This document shows, piece by piece, positions 48,330-57,882 of a stretch of 64,000 bases of DNA; the first letter of the stretch is position 1, and each line of letters begins with the position of its first letter. Made by a program: the position numbers and the translations under genes. Source of the DNA: a virus; the IMG/VR virus record IMGVR_UViG_3300032220_000872, positions 1 through 64,000 of that record; one strand, written 5' to 3'. The notes below the pieces were generated by a model that saw nothing but the letters and a program-made list of their open reading frames with translations, was not told the origin of the DNA and did not search any database.

Positions 48330-49224
48330 GGTAGAACATTTACATCCTCATATTAGAAACAGTGTCAAAGTGGAATGGAATCTTGGCAAACGATGCAATT
48401 TGGATTGCAGCTATTGTCCAGCTGAAATACATGACAATCACAGTGAACACACTGATATAAAAATACTGAAACGCACTGTGGACACATTGAGCGTCATACC
48501 CAATGTGAGAATCAGTTTGACTGGCGGTGAACCTTGTGTGCATCCACACATAGAACAGTTATTACAACATGCTAAAAATAAAATTGGTTGGATCAATGTC
48601 ACCACCAATGGTACCAGAACTGTGGAATTCTACCAAAATATTTTGGAAAATTATATCAATCACATTGTGTTCAGTGTGCATTTCGAATCTGATTGGCTGA
48701 AGGTGATAAACACAATTATCAAGGTTTACACACAGTCTGCCAACAAAAATGTTCTAGTGCATATGATGATGCTACCAGGGCGTTTAAAAGACGTTAAAGA
48801 CGCTTGCAAGGCTCTTTTAGATGCGGGCATACGCTATGCATTAAGACCCATACGCTGGACCAAAACACACGATGATTTTGAAGACATGATTCATTACAGT
48901 GAAGAAGAGAAAGAATTTTTGGCAGTAAGCAATCACACACCACCAAAAAATACTCTTATAGACAACACAGTGGAATGCAATGTGAATGATTTGCTGATCA
49001 ACAAAACCAATCAATTCCAAGGATGGAGTTGTATGGCTGGTGTGGAAAGTTTAATGATCAATTGGGATGGTGAAGTTCACCGAGCCACTTGTAGAGTGGG
49101 TGGCAGTTTGGGCAACATTTATCAAGACACTTTTATAAAACCCACAACCTCAGTTGACTGCACTCGCACATGGTGCACTTGTGCTGCAGACATAAACATA
49201 ACCAAGTTGAACAATGCTGATTGA
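48322..49224 (+). CDS. Radical SAM protein with a C-terminal Cys-rich domain
   Basis: CNLDCSYC, TGGEP, TTNG; F.GW.C.AG...C...C...CTC.AD. Confidence 0.88.
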   Translation: MFKVEHLHPHIRNSVKVEWNLGKRCNLDCSYCPAEIHDNHSEHTDIKILKRTVDTLSVIPNVRISLTGGEPCVHPHIEQLLQHAKNKIGWINVTTNGTRTVEFYQNILENYINHIVFSVHFESDWLKVINTIIKVYTQSANKNVLVHMMMLPGRLKDVKDACKALLDAGIRYALRPIRWTKTHDDFEDMIHYSEEEKEFLAVSNHTPPKNTLIDNTVECNVNDLLINKTNQFQGWSCMAGVESLMINWDGEVHRATCRVGGSLGNIYQDTFIKPTTSVDCTRTWCTCAADINITKLNNAD

Positions 49225-50194
49225 AAAAATAGATTATAAATTTAAAGAATTTAATCGTGTGCTGCAGATTGAATGGACACTGGGCAACACTTGCAATTAC
49301 AATTGTTCATACTGCCTGCCCATACTGCACAACAATAGTTTTCCTTGGATAAACTTGGATGAAAGCAAAACATTCATAGACAAGTTGCACAATCATTACA
49401 GCAACCTAGGTATCACAGATTACATTTGGAAATTTGGTGGAGGTGAACCCACGCTATACAAAGATTTTGCCGAATTGTGTGCCTACATAAATTCCAAATC
49501 CAACAATTATATCATACCCATTACCAATGGCAGTAGAAAATTACACTGGTGGCAGGAGCATGCTAAAAACTTTTTTGCTGTGCATTTCAGCATTCATCCA
49601 GAATTTGTGGATCCCAATCACATTGTGGCAGTGTGTGATAATTTGATAGAACAAAAAATCGACAGCATCTGTCATGTGATGATGAAGCCCAACGATTGGA
49701 ATAAATGTTTGGAAATAGTAGAAGTATTAAAAAACAGTCAACACAAACAATGGGGCATACAAGCCAAGCCTTTACATCACACTTGGGAATCAGACACTGC
49801 AGAAGAAAGAGATTTATATCCTTACACTGCAGAACAAAAACAAATTTTTCAAGCTCCTATCAGAGCACAAAGCAGAATCAGTCCAAGAGTGGATTCTAAA
49901 TTGAATAGAGACATGTACATGGTCACTGAGGAAGGCATCAAAGATTTTGATCCTTATTGGGCAGTCACTCATGACATTGTGGACTGGAGTGGGTTCAAAT
50001 GCGACGCAGGCATCAATAGAATATACATAAATTATGACAAACGTATGTATTTGGGAGCAGGCTGTAGAGTTGAATTAAATAATTTTGTTGGAAAAAAATA
50101 CAATGAAGAATTTGAATTTCCCACAAAATCAATCATTTGTAATCAAAGGAGATGTGTATGTATCGCGGACGTGCAGGTGCCCAAAAACAGATAG
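49214..50194 (+). CDS. Radical SAM protein with a C-terminal Cys-rich domain
   Basis: CNYNCSYC, GGGEP, TNGS; C.AG...C...C...CVC.AD. Confidence 0.88.
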   Translation: MLIEKIDYKFKEFNRVLQIEWTLGNTCNYNCSYCLPILHNNSFPWINLDESKTFIDKLHNHYSNLGITDYIWKFGGGEPTLYKDFAELCAYINSKSNNYIIPITNGSRKLHWWQEHAKNFFAVHFSIHPEFVDPNHIVAVCDNLIEQKIDSICHVMMKPNDWNKCLEIVEVLKNSQHKQWGIQAKPLHHTWESDTAEERDLYPYTAEQKQIFQAPIRAQSRISPRVDSKLNRDMYMVTEEGIKDFDPYWAVTHDIVDWSGFKCDAGINRIYINYDKRMYLGAGCRVELNNFVGKKYNEEFEFPTKSIICNQRRCVCIADVQVPKNR

Positions 50195-50844
50195 GATTTT
50201 TTGGAGATAGTTTTTGTTCCTATGCTGAAAAACACAATTGGATGGGACAATTAGCAGATCATTTTGACAGCAAAGTTGTACATAACGGTATAGGTGGATC
50301 CAGTTACTGGACCACTGTGATAGACTACACAAAAAACTTTGATCAATACAAAAATTTAGATTACACAGTGTTCTGCTGGACCGAACCTTACAGAATATAT
50401 CATCACAAAGGAGATTTTACAGGTCCTAAAGCATACAAAAAAGACGATCCTAGATCTAAAGCAGCACAGATGTACATAGAACATTTGCGTGATTGGAACA
50501 AAGAAAGGATGGAATTCACAGCCACAGCATATTGGTTGGATCATGAATATCTCAGCAAAGTGTCTGGAAAAATCATACACCTTTGGAGTTTTGGAGATAT
50601 ACGCATACATGATTGGCCCAAAGCAGAATTAAAAGACATTAAATTTTTACATGATTGGAAACACGGAGTGGAGATGCGTACACCTTTGTTTTATATCAGT
50701 TGTAGAACAGATTCTTTTAGACACAAATTTGAAAATCACTGGTTGAATGATATATTTCATTTCACAGTGAATCACATGGGACCAGAAGGTGATGCCTGGG
50801 TGTTTAAGGCTATAAAAGATGTGCTAACTCAGGAAAAATTTTAG
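50158..50844 (+). CDS. SGNH/GDSL-like hydrolase or acyltransferase
   Basis: IGFFGDSF block I, G..GSS block II, WT.P.R and C-terminal NH...G. AAGGAG SD 6 nt before ATG 50158. Confidence 0.6.
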   Translation: MYRGRAGAQKQIGFFGDSFCSYAEKHNWMGQLADHFDSKVVHNGIGGSSYWTTVIDYTKNFDQYKNLDYTVFCWTEPYRIYHHKGDFTGPKAYKKDDPRSKAAQMYIEHLRDWNKERMEFTATAYWLDHEYLSKVSGKIIHLWSFGDIRIHDWPKAELKDIKFLHDWKHGVEMRTPLFYISCRTDSFRHKFENHWLNDIFHFTVNHMGPEGDAWVFKAIKDVLTQEKF

Positions 50845-52228
50845 CAGCACTCAATCCTCTGATAGCGTCCAATTTATTCACGTACTCTTTGAATCCAGGC
50901 AGCAGTCTAGAATTATCTTTGGCTTCCATGTGCATCAACACTGCTTCCCAACGTCTCCATCCATAAGGATTAGTTTTCCAAAAATCATCGTCCTGTCTAT
51001 AATTGTGCCTCAACCAATCTTTAAAATCCATAAACAGTTCTCTTATTTGTTGTTTGTCTTCTCGGGGTAATATTTGTATGCTTAAAAAAGTTGGTATGTA
51101 TAATAAATGCATGTTAACCAATCCACCACCCATTTGTACTCCACCAGGCACTGTGCCCACATTTAATTTTTTAAATCCGCTCTGTATTTTCCATTTCATA
51201 AAATCAGGCAAGTGTTTGATATTGAAAATTTGTATGGCAGTGGCTAAACTCACTTGTATGTTGTCAGGAGTATTGTCCAACATGTGTAAATTTTTTTCCA
51301 CTGTGGCCCATTGTGTGGGAAAACGTATGTATTCATCACGCTGATGTGTGGCGTCCATGCTCACAGCAAATTTAACTTTTTTAAATTTACTCCATAACTG
51401 GATTAAATCTTCATCCACTAATATACCATTGGAATTGTAACGCAACAATATACGATCTTGATAACCTTGACGTATGATTTCTTCAATAAATGTTTTATGC
51501 TCTTTGATCATCAGTGGTTCGCCACCAGCAAAATACACCTGTTTTAAATTGGGTATCTGACGGTACATCTCCTGCCAGAATGTGTCCTTCTCATGCCAGA
51601 AGTTGTTGAATTCTTTGCGATCCCATTGGATTTGATCTTTGACTTCTTTGTTTTGTAATTGTGGCATCAGTTGTTGCCAGTCATTCACCCATTTGCTGCT
51701 GTCGTGTGGAGAACACATCACACATTTGATATTACAAGTGTGTCCCAAACGCAGATCCAAATACAATAATTTTTCAGGCACTGTGCCATCTTCTTTGGTC
51801 TGTCGTATCAGTTCAGGCACGTCCACACCATCACGATACCAAGTGCCAGTCTCCCAAATTCTTTTGCTCACCACTCCCACACGTTCTTCATCAAAACACT
51901 TGCGACAACTGGCAGGTATCTCGCCTTTCAGCATGGTGGTACGCACACTTTTCATATAATCATTGTTCCAAGCGCTCATGGGAGTATCCACTCCAAAGTT
52001 GGCAGGTGTGCCATCTTCTTTTTTAATAATACCCACTGTGTGATCTGATCCAGCACCACTGGCGTTGGCTGAACAACACAGCCTCATGTCACCATTGGGC
52101 CTGGTGGCAAAATGTATCCAAGGCAATATGCAATAGGTGGGTGTGCCTGTGACAGATTCTATTTCTCTCTGCCATTTGCCCAGTTGTGAATCTTCTGGAT
52201 TCATCCAATATTCATTATGATCTGACAC
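50810..52228 (-). CDS. Radical SAM protein with an N-terminal twitch/SPASM domain (paralog of 47061-48329)
   Basis: YCILPW.H.ATRPNG..RLCC...C..C, then CNIKCVMC, FAGGEP, NSNG. Confidence 0.88.
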   Translation of the reverse strand: MSDHNEYWMNPEDSQLGKWQREIESVTGTPTYCILPWIHFATRPNGDMRLCCSANASGAGSDHTVGIIKKEDGTPANFGVDTPMSAWNNDYMKSVRTTMLKGEIPASCRKCFDEERVGVVSKRIWETGTWYRDGVDVPELIRQTKEDGTVPEKLLYLDLRLGHTCNIKCVMCSPHDSSKWVNDWQQLMPQLQNKEVKDQIQWDRKEFNNFWHEKDTFWQEMYRQIPNLKQVYFAGGEPLMIKEHKTFIEEIIRQGYQDRILLRYNSNGILVDEDLIQLWSKFKKVKFAVSMDATHQRDEYIRFPTQWATVEKNLHMLDNTPDNIQVSLATAIQIFNIKHLPDFMKWKIQSGFKKLNVGTVPGGVQMGGGLVNMHLLYIPTFLSIQILPREDKQQIRELFMDFKDWLRHNYRQDDDFWKTNPYGWRRWEAVLMHMEAKDNSRLLPGFKEYVNKLDAIRGLSAAKIFPELAHLL

Positions 52229-53036
52229 TGTCTACTCCCCATTGTCGCTCTTGACACCAAAAACATTTTCCACACACAGGCACGGGCTGCCCTGGCACAT
52301 AAGTCCTGTAGTCCAAGTCTCCAAAGATTTCAGGTGATGTGTCACGGTCACCTTCACAACTGCGAGTGAGATTGAATAGGTCCATTATGCCTAATTTTTT
52401 GTATTGGGCAACTATCCAATCTTTCTGCACATAAGTGAAAGGGTGACAAGCATAGCCGCCCATGTGTGCTTTGATTAATCTGTCCAGCACTGTGTCAGAT
52501 AATGTGTCGAGCAACACATCTCTGTCAGTGAGACGATGATCAAATTCTTTATCGGGATTCTTGGTCACTCCACAGTACCAAGCATCTAATTTTTTTGTGT
52601 GAGCCACATATTCAGCATGTGCTCTTAACTCTATTTGATTACCACTCTTTAATCTACCGTATTCATCCACAATGGTAGGTCCTTTTGATCCCCATTCTAA
52701 TTCAGGAGCAATGAAATTTTCGTGTCTTTTAAATTTTATGCTTTTAAATTCATCAGTCAACCAATCATAAACTTCCATACTGTTGTGACGTTGCCAAGGT
52801 CTGGTTTTCCAACATCTAACATTGGTAATAATATGAACAGTGATATTCAATTGATTTTTTACAATCAAATCGCACAGCAGATATGCCATTAGAGCACTGT
52901 CAGCACCACCACTCACACTGACGCCAATATTTTTCCATTGGCTGGACAAAGGAAAATACACATCATCAATGAGATGCAGTATGTTTTTGAATACACTGGT
53001 TTCGTAAATTGTTTTTAATTGTGCTGTGTTACTCAT
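52215..53036 (-). CDS. QueC-like PP-loop ATP pyrophosphatase
   Basis: SVSGGADS PP-loop; TRSC and CGKCFWC.ER zinc motifs as in QueC. Likely start at 53036. Confidence 0.7.
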   Translation of the reverse strand: MSNTAQLKTIYETSVFKNILHLIDDVYFPLSSQWKNIGVSVSGGADSALMAYLLCDLIVKNQLNITVHIITNVRCWKTRPWQRHNSMEVYDWLTDEFKSIKFKRHENFIAPELEWGSKGPTIVDEYGRLKSGNQIELRAHAEYVAHTKKLDAWYCGVTKNPDKEFDHRLTDRDVLLDTLSDTVLDRLIKAHMGGYACHPFTYVQKDWIVAQYKKLGIMDLFNLTRSCEGDRDTSPEIFGDLDYRTYVPGQPVPVCGKCFWCQERQWGVDSVRS

Positions 53037-54075
53037 AAATTTTTTTATTACAGTTGATTTCGGGTTGACATTTGCAACGTTCTCTTTCGCAGATTGTGGG
53101 CACAATATCAGGGTAAAAGTTATCAGTAAAATCATGGTTAAACAGATTGAATGAACGATTCAAATTATAAAGACGATTGCCACAAGAACCTTTGATCAAT
53201 CCATGTTTGTCGATCTGTATGGTGTCTACACCCACGTTACATTGCCATCCTTTAAAATTGTTCATACCATTTAATGAAAGATAATTTTGCAATACTCTTT
53301 TCTTTTTCTTATTGTTAAAATGCAATGTGGGAGTGGAATTAAATTTTTCAAATCTTCTTTTTTTCCAGTTAAACAGTTCAAAAAATGATGGATTTCTTTT
53401 GTTACAATCACTGAGATATTTCTTTTGTTCTTCATTGTAATTTACGGTGCTGTGATAAATTTCTAATACATTTATGGCCCATTTTTTTCGGCTGGATTTT
53501 AACTGCTCCACTATGGCCACACATTTATCCCAAGCATGTGGATCCATCAGCACGTTAGCATCCACGCTGACTCCTTTTTTGTACAACAGATCTGCCACAG
53601 CAACAATATGTGGCACGTCCACTCTTTCATGATGACAGCTCAGCATCACAATGTCATTGTAATGACCATATTCTTCCCACCATCTCAGTGTGCGTGATCC
53701 ATTGGTGCTCATGCTGATCAAACAGTTGAATTGTTCTTTGAAATATTTGGTAAATTCTCCAAAATCTTTCCATATGGTTGGTTCACCTCCTATGAGGTGC
53801 AGATAGAAATCTTTTTTGCCAATATTTTTTTTGTAATGTTCAATGAGATGGGAAAGATTCTTTTTGATCATTTCAAGATTGGGCCAACCATGTGTGCCTT
53901 CATTGGATCCAGGAAAACAATACCAACACTTGTAATTGCATCTGTTGCTGAGGAATAACTCTATCCTAAAACTATCTTTTTTTTGGTTGCTCTGTATTCT
54001 AATTAACTGTTCAGATGATTGGCCATCACTGGCTGATGATACATCACTGGAATTTGACTGCTCGAAATTGGACAT
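53029..54075 (-). CDS. Radical SAM protein with a C-terminal Cys-rich domain
   Basis: CNYKCWYC, IGGEP, STNGS; F.GWQCNVG...C...C...CKC. Likely start at 54075. Confidence 0.88.
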   Translation of the reverse strand: MSNFEQSNSSDVSSASDGQSSEQLIRIQSNQKKDSFRIELFLSNRCNYKCWYCFPGSNEGTHGWPNLEMIKKNLSHLIEHYKKNIGKKDFYLHLIGGEPTIWKDFGEFTKYFKEQFNCLISMSTNGSRTLRWWEEYGHYNDIVMLSCHHERVDVPHIVAVADLLYKKGVSVDANVLMDPHAWDKCVAIVEQLKSSRKKWAINVLEIYHSTVNYNEEQKKYLSDCNKRNPSFFELFNWKKRRFEKFNSTPTLHFNNKKKKRVLQNYLSLNGMNNFKGWQCNVGVDTIQIDKHGLIKGSCGNRLYNLNRSFNLFNHDFTDNFYPDIVPTICERERCKCQPEINCNKKIYE

Positions 54076-54088
54076 AGTATGGACAGAG

Positions 54089-54132
54089 TATTTATCGTAA
54101 TTAAATACCCACATAATATTTTGCGATAAATA
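54089..54132. promoter_or_regulatory. Divergent late promoters with an ATTAA-N8-ATAAT site
   Basis: Minus TAAATA at 54094-54089. ATTAA-atacccac-ATAAT at 54100-54117. Plus TAAATA at 54127-54132, 5 nt before ATG 54138. Confidence 0.65.
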
Positions 54133-54137
54133 TCAAT

Positions 54138-54833
54138 ATGCTCCAAAAATTAGATGTCAAATTTTCATCAGATGACATTTTGAAAACTCTCACAAACATT
54201 CATTTGGAACAAGATTCAGAAGATCTTATGCACAAAATTGAGATCAATGCTCCCAGCGGAAATTGGTTTTACGATCCTTGGCATTTAAAAACGGAATTTC
54301 AAAATACCAATTTAATTTCATTGTTTGATCAATTGGGACCAGTGGGTCAAGCAAGAATAGTGATGATCAAACCCGGTTGTAATTACACAGCCCATGCAGA
54401 TATAGACGACAGATATCATATCAATCTGCAGGGTGAACACAGTTATTTGATTGACTTGGACAATACAAAAATGTATCCTACATTGGTGGACAATTATTGT
54501 TATCTTATGGACACATCACGCATACACACTGCCGTAAATTTTGGTTATTTAGATAGAATTCAATTGGTCATAAGGAAATTACTGAACAGAAGTCAGTTAC
54601 AAAATCCAACACATGTTAAAATTAAAGCCATAGATGCACCTTATAATTTAAGATATCTTTTTGATCAAACTTTTTCTATTTGGTTAAACAAAGCAAATAA
54701 GAAAAAAATTATTGATAACTTTAAACCAATCACAGATGAAGAAATAGATCTTGATTTGGAACGAGAATATTTGGAAGAATTAAAAAACATTTCTTTGAAT
54801 TGTGGATTTAAAGTTGAGATCAATCATGATTGA
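54138..54833 (+). CDS. Aspartyl/asparaginyl beta-hydroxylase-like Fe(II)/2OG oxygenase
   Basis: ARI....PG..Y..HADIDDRYH ... HTAVN.G..DR..LV (HxD...H). Confidence 0.65.
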   Translation: MLQKLDVKFSSDDILKTLTNIHLEQDSEDLMHKIEINAPSGNWFYDPWHLKTEFQNTNLISLFDQLGPVGQARIVMIKPGCNYTAHADIDDRYHINLQGEHSYLIDLDNTKMYPTLVDNYCYLMDTSRIHTAVNFGYLDRIQLVIRKLLNRSQLQNPTHVKIKAIDAPYNLRYLFDQTFSIWLNKANKKKIIDNFKPITDEEIDLDLEREYLEELKNISLNCGFKVEINHD

Positions 54834-55461
54834 ATATTGGAATAATTTTTATAAACATGAATTAGGCACATTAGCCATTGCCAACATGGTGTATGAGCCA
54901 TTGATTAATCCTGACAAAGATATATTTAAAATGAATTTTAACAGTAATCAATATTTTGTTAATCCCAATATGACGGATGACTTTAGACAAAATTGGTTTT
55001 CAAGAGAAATCAATTATATAGAAAAATTAAAACACAAATCATATGCTCCTGAAATCAACAACATTGATCACAGAAATAGAACTGTGGAATTCAAATGGTA
55101 TGATCGTAGTCTAAGCAAACTCATACACACAGGCGAAATATTCGCAGTGCCCAACTGGCAACAACAGATCAAAGATATTTTGTTAGACTTATTGTCAATG
55201 AATATACGCAAATCTAATTTGTATCCACACACATTTTATTTGGATGATAAAAACAAAGTTCGCATAATGGATCTTTACGGTTGTACCTGTGACGAAGATA
55301 GATACGTGTCCAAAGAATTGTTGACTTCCATATTGTTTGATCCCACCCATCCTAGATTTGCTCAAAGTCTTGTGGGTGAATTATATGACACATTTAAATT
55401 GTATGAATTAACTGTGAAACTGAATTATGGCAATTGGCCAGGAGATTTTTTAAATGCTTGA
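54826..55461 (+). CDS. Protein-kinase-like fold protein with a non-canonical catalytic loop
   Basis: F.RE...I..L....APEI (helix C), KSNLYPHTF in place of HxDxxxxN, and IMDLYG (DFG-like). Confidence 0.5.
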   Translation: MIEYWNNFYKHELGTLAIANMVYEPLINPDKDIFKMNFNSNQYFVNPNMTDDFRQNWFSREINYIEKLKHKSYAPEINNIDHRNRTVEFKWYDRSLSKLIHTGEIFAVPNWQQQIKDILLDLLSMNIRKSNLYPHTFYLDDKNKVRIMDLYGCTCDEDRYVSKELLTSILFDPTHPRFAQSLVGELYDTFKLYELTVKLNYGNWPGDFLNA

Positions 55462-56002
55462 ATATGTGGGTAATTGCAAAGACGTGATTGATTGGCACAG
55501 TGTTATAGAAAGCATTGAAGATCAGCAGAGTGCTTACATAGGACCAAGACATGATGTGGGGCATCATGTGCCAGGAGTGGAAGAAGTGGCCAAACCATTG
55601 CGTGAAGCTGGCTATAAAATGAAACACGAAGGCGGCAATGCCAGTTGGGACATGTACCTACCAGGCACAAATTTTGATAAAAAGATAGCGGAAAAGTTTT
55701 GTGAATGGGTGGGAATGAGCAGTTACATCAATGCTTGGATCAGCAGAGTAAAACCTGGTGACGTAGCACCTTGGCATTGGGATATAACTGATGATGAAAA
55801 AACTTTAGAACACAAAAAAGAAATAGTTCGATATCATTGCCACATAAGTCCACCAGCACCAGGACATGTTTTAATTGTGGAAGATCATTGTCTATACAAT
55901 CAAGAGATGGGCGCTACCTGGAAATGGCCTCGACGCACTGCATGGCATGCAGGATCCAATGCAGGATTAGTGCCCAAATATATTTTTAACATATGGGGAT
56001 AA
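55454..56002 (+). CDS. Fe(II)/2OG oxygenase (AspH/cupin-like)
   Basis: WISRVKPG..APWHWD ... WHAGSNAG..PKY (HxD...H). Confidence 0.7.
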   Translation: MLEYVGNCKDVIDWHSVIESIEDQQSAYIGPRHDVGHHVPGVEEVAKPLREAGYKMKHEGGNASWDMYLPGTNFDKKIAEKFCEWVGMSSYINAWISRVKPGDVAPWHWDITDDEKTLEHKKEIVRYHCHISPPAPGHVLIVEDHCLYNQEMGATWKWPRRTAWHAGSNAGLVPKYIFNIWG

Positions 56003-56003
56003 T

Positions 56004-56759
56004 ATGAAAGGTGTTTACGGCAAACCATACATCTGTATGGATTCTTATGTGAATATACAACAATTAAAAGATATCTCAAAAGATGTGAATTATGGTATTG
56101 GCAAAGCTCATGCATTTATTAGATTAAATTATGGTATAGAAAATCATAAAGAATATACAGACGATATCAGAGGAGCTTATAATTATTGGCGTGACAAAGA
56201 AACAGACCCTAAACTAAAACAGTATGGTGTAGAGTTAGAAAAAAATGATAAAGTAGGGTTTCACTATTGGTTAATGTATCAGTATCCTGTGTATGAATCA
56301 CTGAATTATCTTGTGATAAGAGAATTTGATAGATGCATCAATGATCCGTGTGTGCCTTATGATGCAAATAAAAATCCAGTGTATGACTGTAGATGGACAG
56401 AAGAATCCAAATATTTTCCATCACTAGTGGATTGGGCTAAAAAACTGCCATTTGAACCATTGGGACCAATCATACTATTGTTGAAAAATTCTGGATTAAA
56501 AACTATCAAACACAGAGATTGTTTTTTACAGATGGAACCTTATGAGCATGAAGAGCATTTCATATGGTTTGACCCTATGAATGACCGATCTTTGTATGTG
56601 GAAAATGGAGACGAAAAAATACACATGAAACCTGGCAACTCATTCTATTGGAACAATCATGATTGGCACGGCGGATTAGAAAACACCAACAAAGTCAGTT
56701 GGTCCATGAGAATAGAAGGTATTTTTACTAAAGAACTGGTGGCACAATTAAAACAATGA
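56004..56759 (+). CDS. Putative Fe(II)/2OG-type oxygenase (paralog of 61796-62602)
   Basis: HRD ... WNNHDWHGG ... SMRI. Confidence 0.55.
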   Translation: MKGVYGKPYICMDSYVNIQQLKDISKDVNYGIGKAHAFIRLNYGIENHKEYTDDIRGAYNYWRDKETDPKLKQYGVELEKNDKVGFHYWLMYQYPVYESLNYLVIREFDRCINDPCVPYDANKNPVYDCRWTEESKYFPSLVDWAKKLPFEPLGPIILLLKNSGLKTIKHRDCFLQMEPYEHEEHFIWFDPMNDRSLYVENGDEKIHMKPGNSFYWNNHDWHGGLENTNKVSWSMRIEGIFTKELVAQLKQ

Positions 56760-57337
56760 AAAAAACATTACAGTTTGATTATTTTCCAGTGATGCGTTCT
56801 TCTTATGTACCCAATGAACTGGTTGCTGAAGGCAAACTGCAGGATCAATTAACACTACAATGGAACAATTCTGCTCTGTTTGATACCATAGAATTAAGCA
56901 AGGAAACTGCTGAAAAAAAAAGCATAAACAGAAGCGCTGAAATTGTTTTACAAAAAAATAATAACACATTGGTGTTACAAAATAAACAAAGTTGGCATGA
57001 TGACAAACACATAGAACTCACAGCACAGATTGATTTAATTTATAAAGACGCAGACTGGTGGTTGTGTAAATTTATCTACAATTTATCACTGTGTGATGCA
57101 CAATCATTGCAATCATTCAATGACAAGTTTGGTATCAGTCAGGAGTACTTTCATTTTAAATTGAATGGCGAAACACTGATACACAATCAACCAGTGCAGG
57201 CAGGCACTGCCTTGAGTGCAGAAAAAGAATTCTATTGGCAAGGACACAATCCCATAATGTTCGAACTAGAGGAGTATGGCAATGGAGCCAACACGGACAG
57301 TAGATTTATTCAAATTGTAAGGTTCACAGTGTTATGA
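56756..57337 (+). CDS. Hypothetical protein
   Basis: 193-aa ORF coupled by ATGA overlaps on both sides. Confidence 0.6.
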   Translation: MKKTLQFDYFPVMRSSYVPNELVAEGKLQDQLTLQWNNSALFDTIELSKETAEKKSINRSAEIVLQKNNNTLVLQNKQSWHDDKHIELTAQIDLIYKDADWWLCKFIYNLSLCDAQSLQSFNDKFGISQEYFHFKLNGETLIHNQPVQAGTALSAEKEFYWQGHNPIMFELEEYGNGANTDSRFIQIVRFTVL

Positions 57338-57882
57338 AAATATTAATGACAGGGCATACATCTCCCATAGGTTCGGCGTTGTATGAACATTTTAAACATC
57401 AGGCACACGGTTGCAGTAGATCCAATGGTTATGACTTGACTCAACTGCAAGACATAGAGAAGATAGCTGAACTCAGCCTACAATACGATCATTTTTTAAA
57501 TTTAGCCCATGTGGGCACAGCTCAAACTCAATTGCTTAACTTGATACACAAGTCATGGACAAATAATAATAAGTGTGGTAAAATTGTTTCTTTTGGAACC
57601 TTAGGTACTGAATTGCCTTTAAAAATTTTACAAACTTTCAATACTCCAATGGAATATTTCAAACAAAAACAAACATTGGAAGCTGTGCATAGACGTTTGT
57701 GTGTTGAAAAACCATTTGGCCCACAACCACAAAGCATATTAATACGAATAATGAATTACGGTGTAAAAGTGGGTGAAAGATCTGGAGAGCCCAGTTGTGA
57801 CAGCAAAGATATCATACGTACTGTTGAATATGTGTTGAATGAATCTTGTTATATCAGCACAATTGATTTAAGAAAAATTTAA
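57334..57882 (+). CDS. Short-chain dehydrogenase/reductase-like NAD(P)-binding protein
   Basis: MKILMTGHTS.IG Rossmann start, SRSNGYD, F.N.A, Y...K catalytic motif (YFKQK). Confidence 0.7.
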   Translation: MKILMTGHTSPIGSALYEHFKHQAHGCSRSNGYDLTQLQDIEKIAELSLQYDHFLNLAHVGTAQTQLLNLIHKSWTNNNKCGKIVSFGTLGTELPLKILQTFNTPMEYFKQKQTLEAVHRRLCVEKPFGPQPQSILIRIMNYGVKVGERSGEPSCDSKDIIRTVEYVLNESCYISTIDLRKI

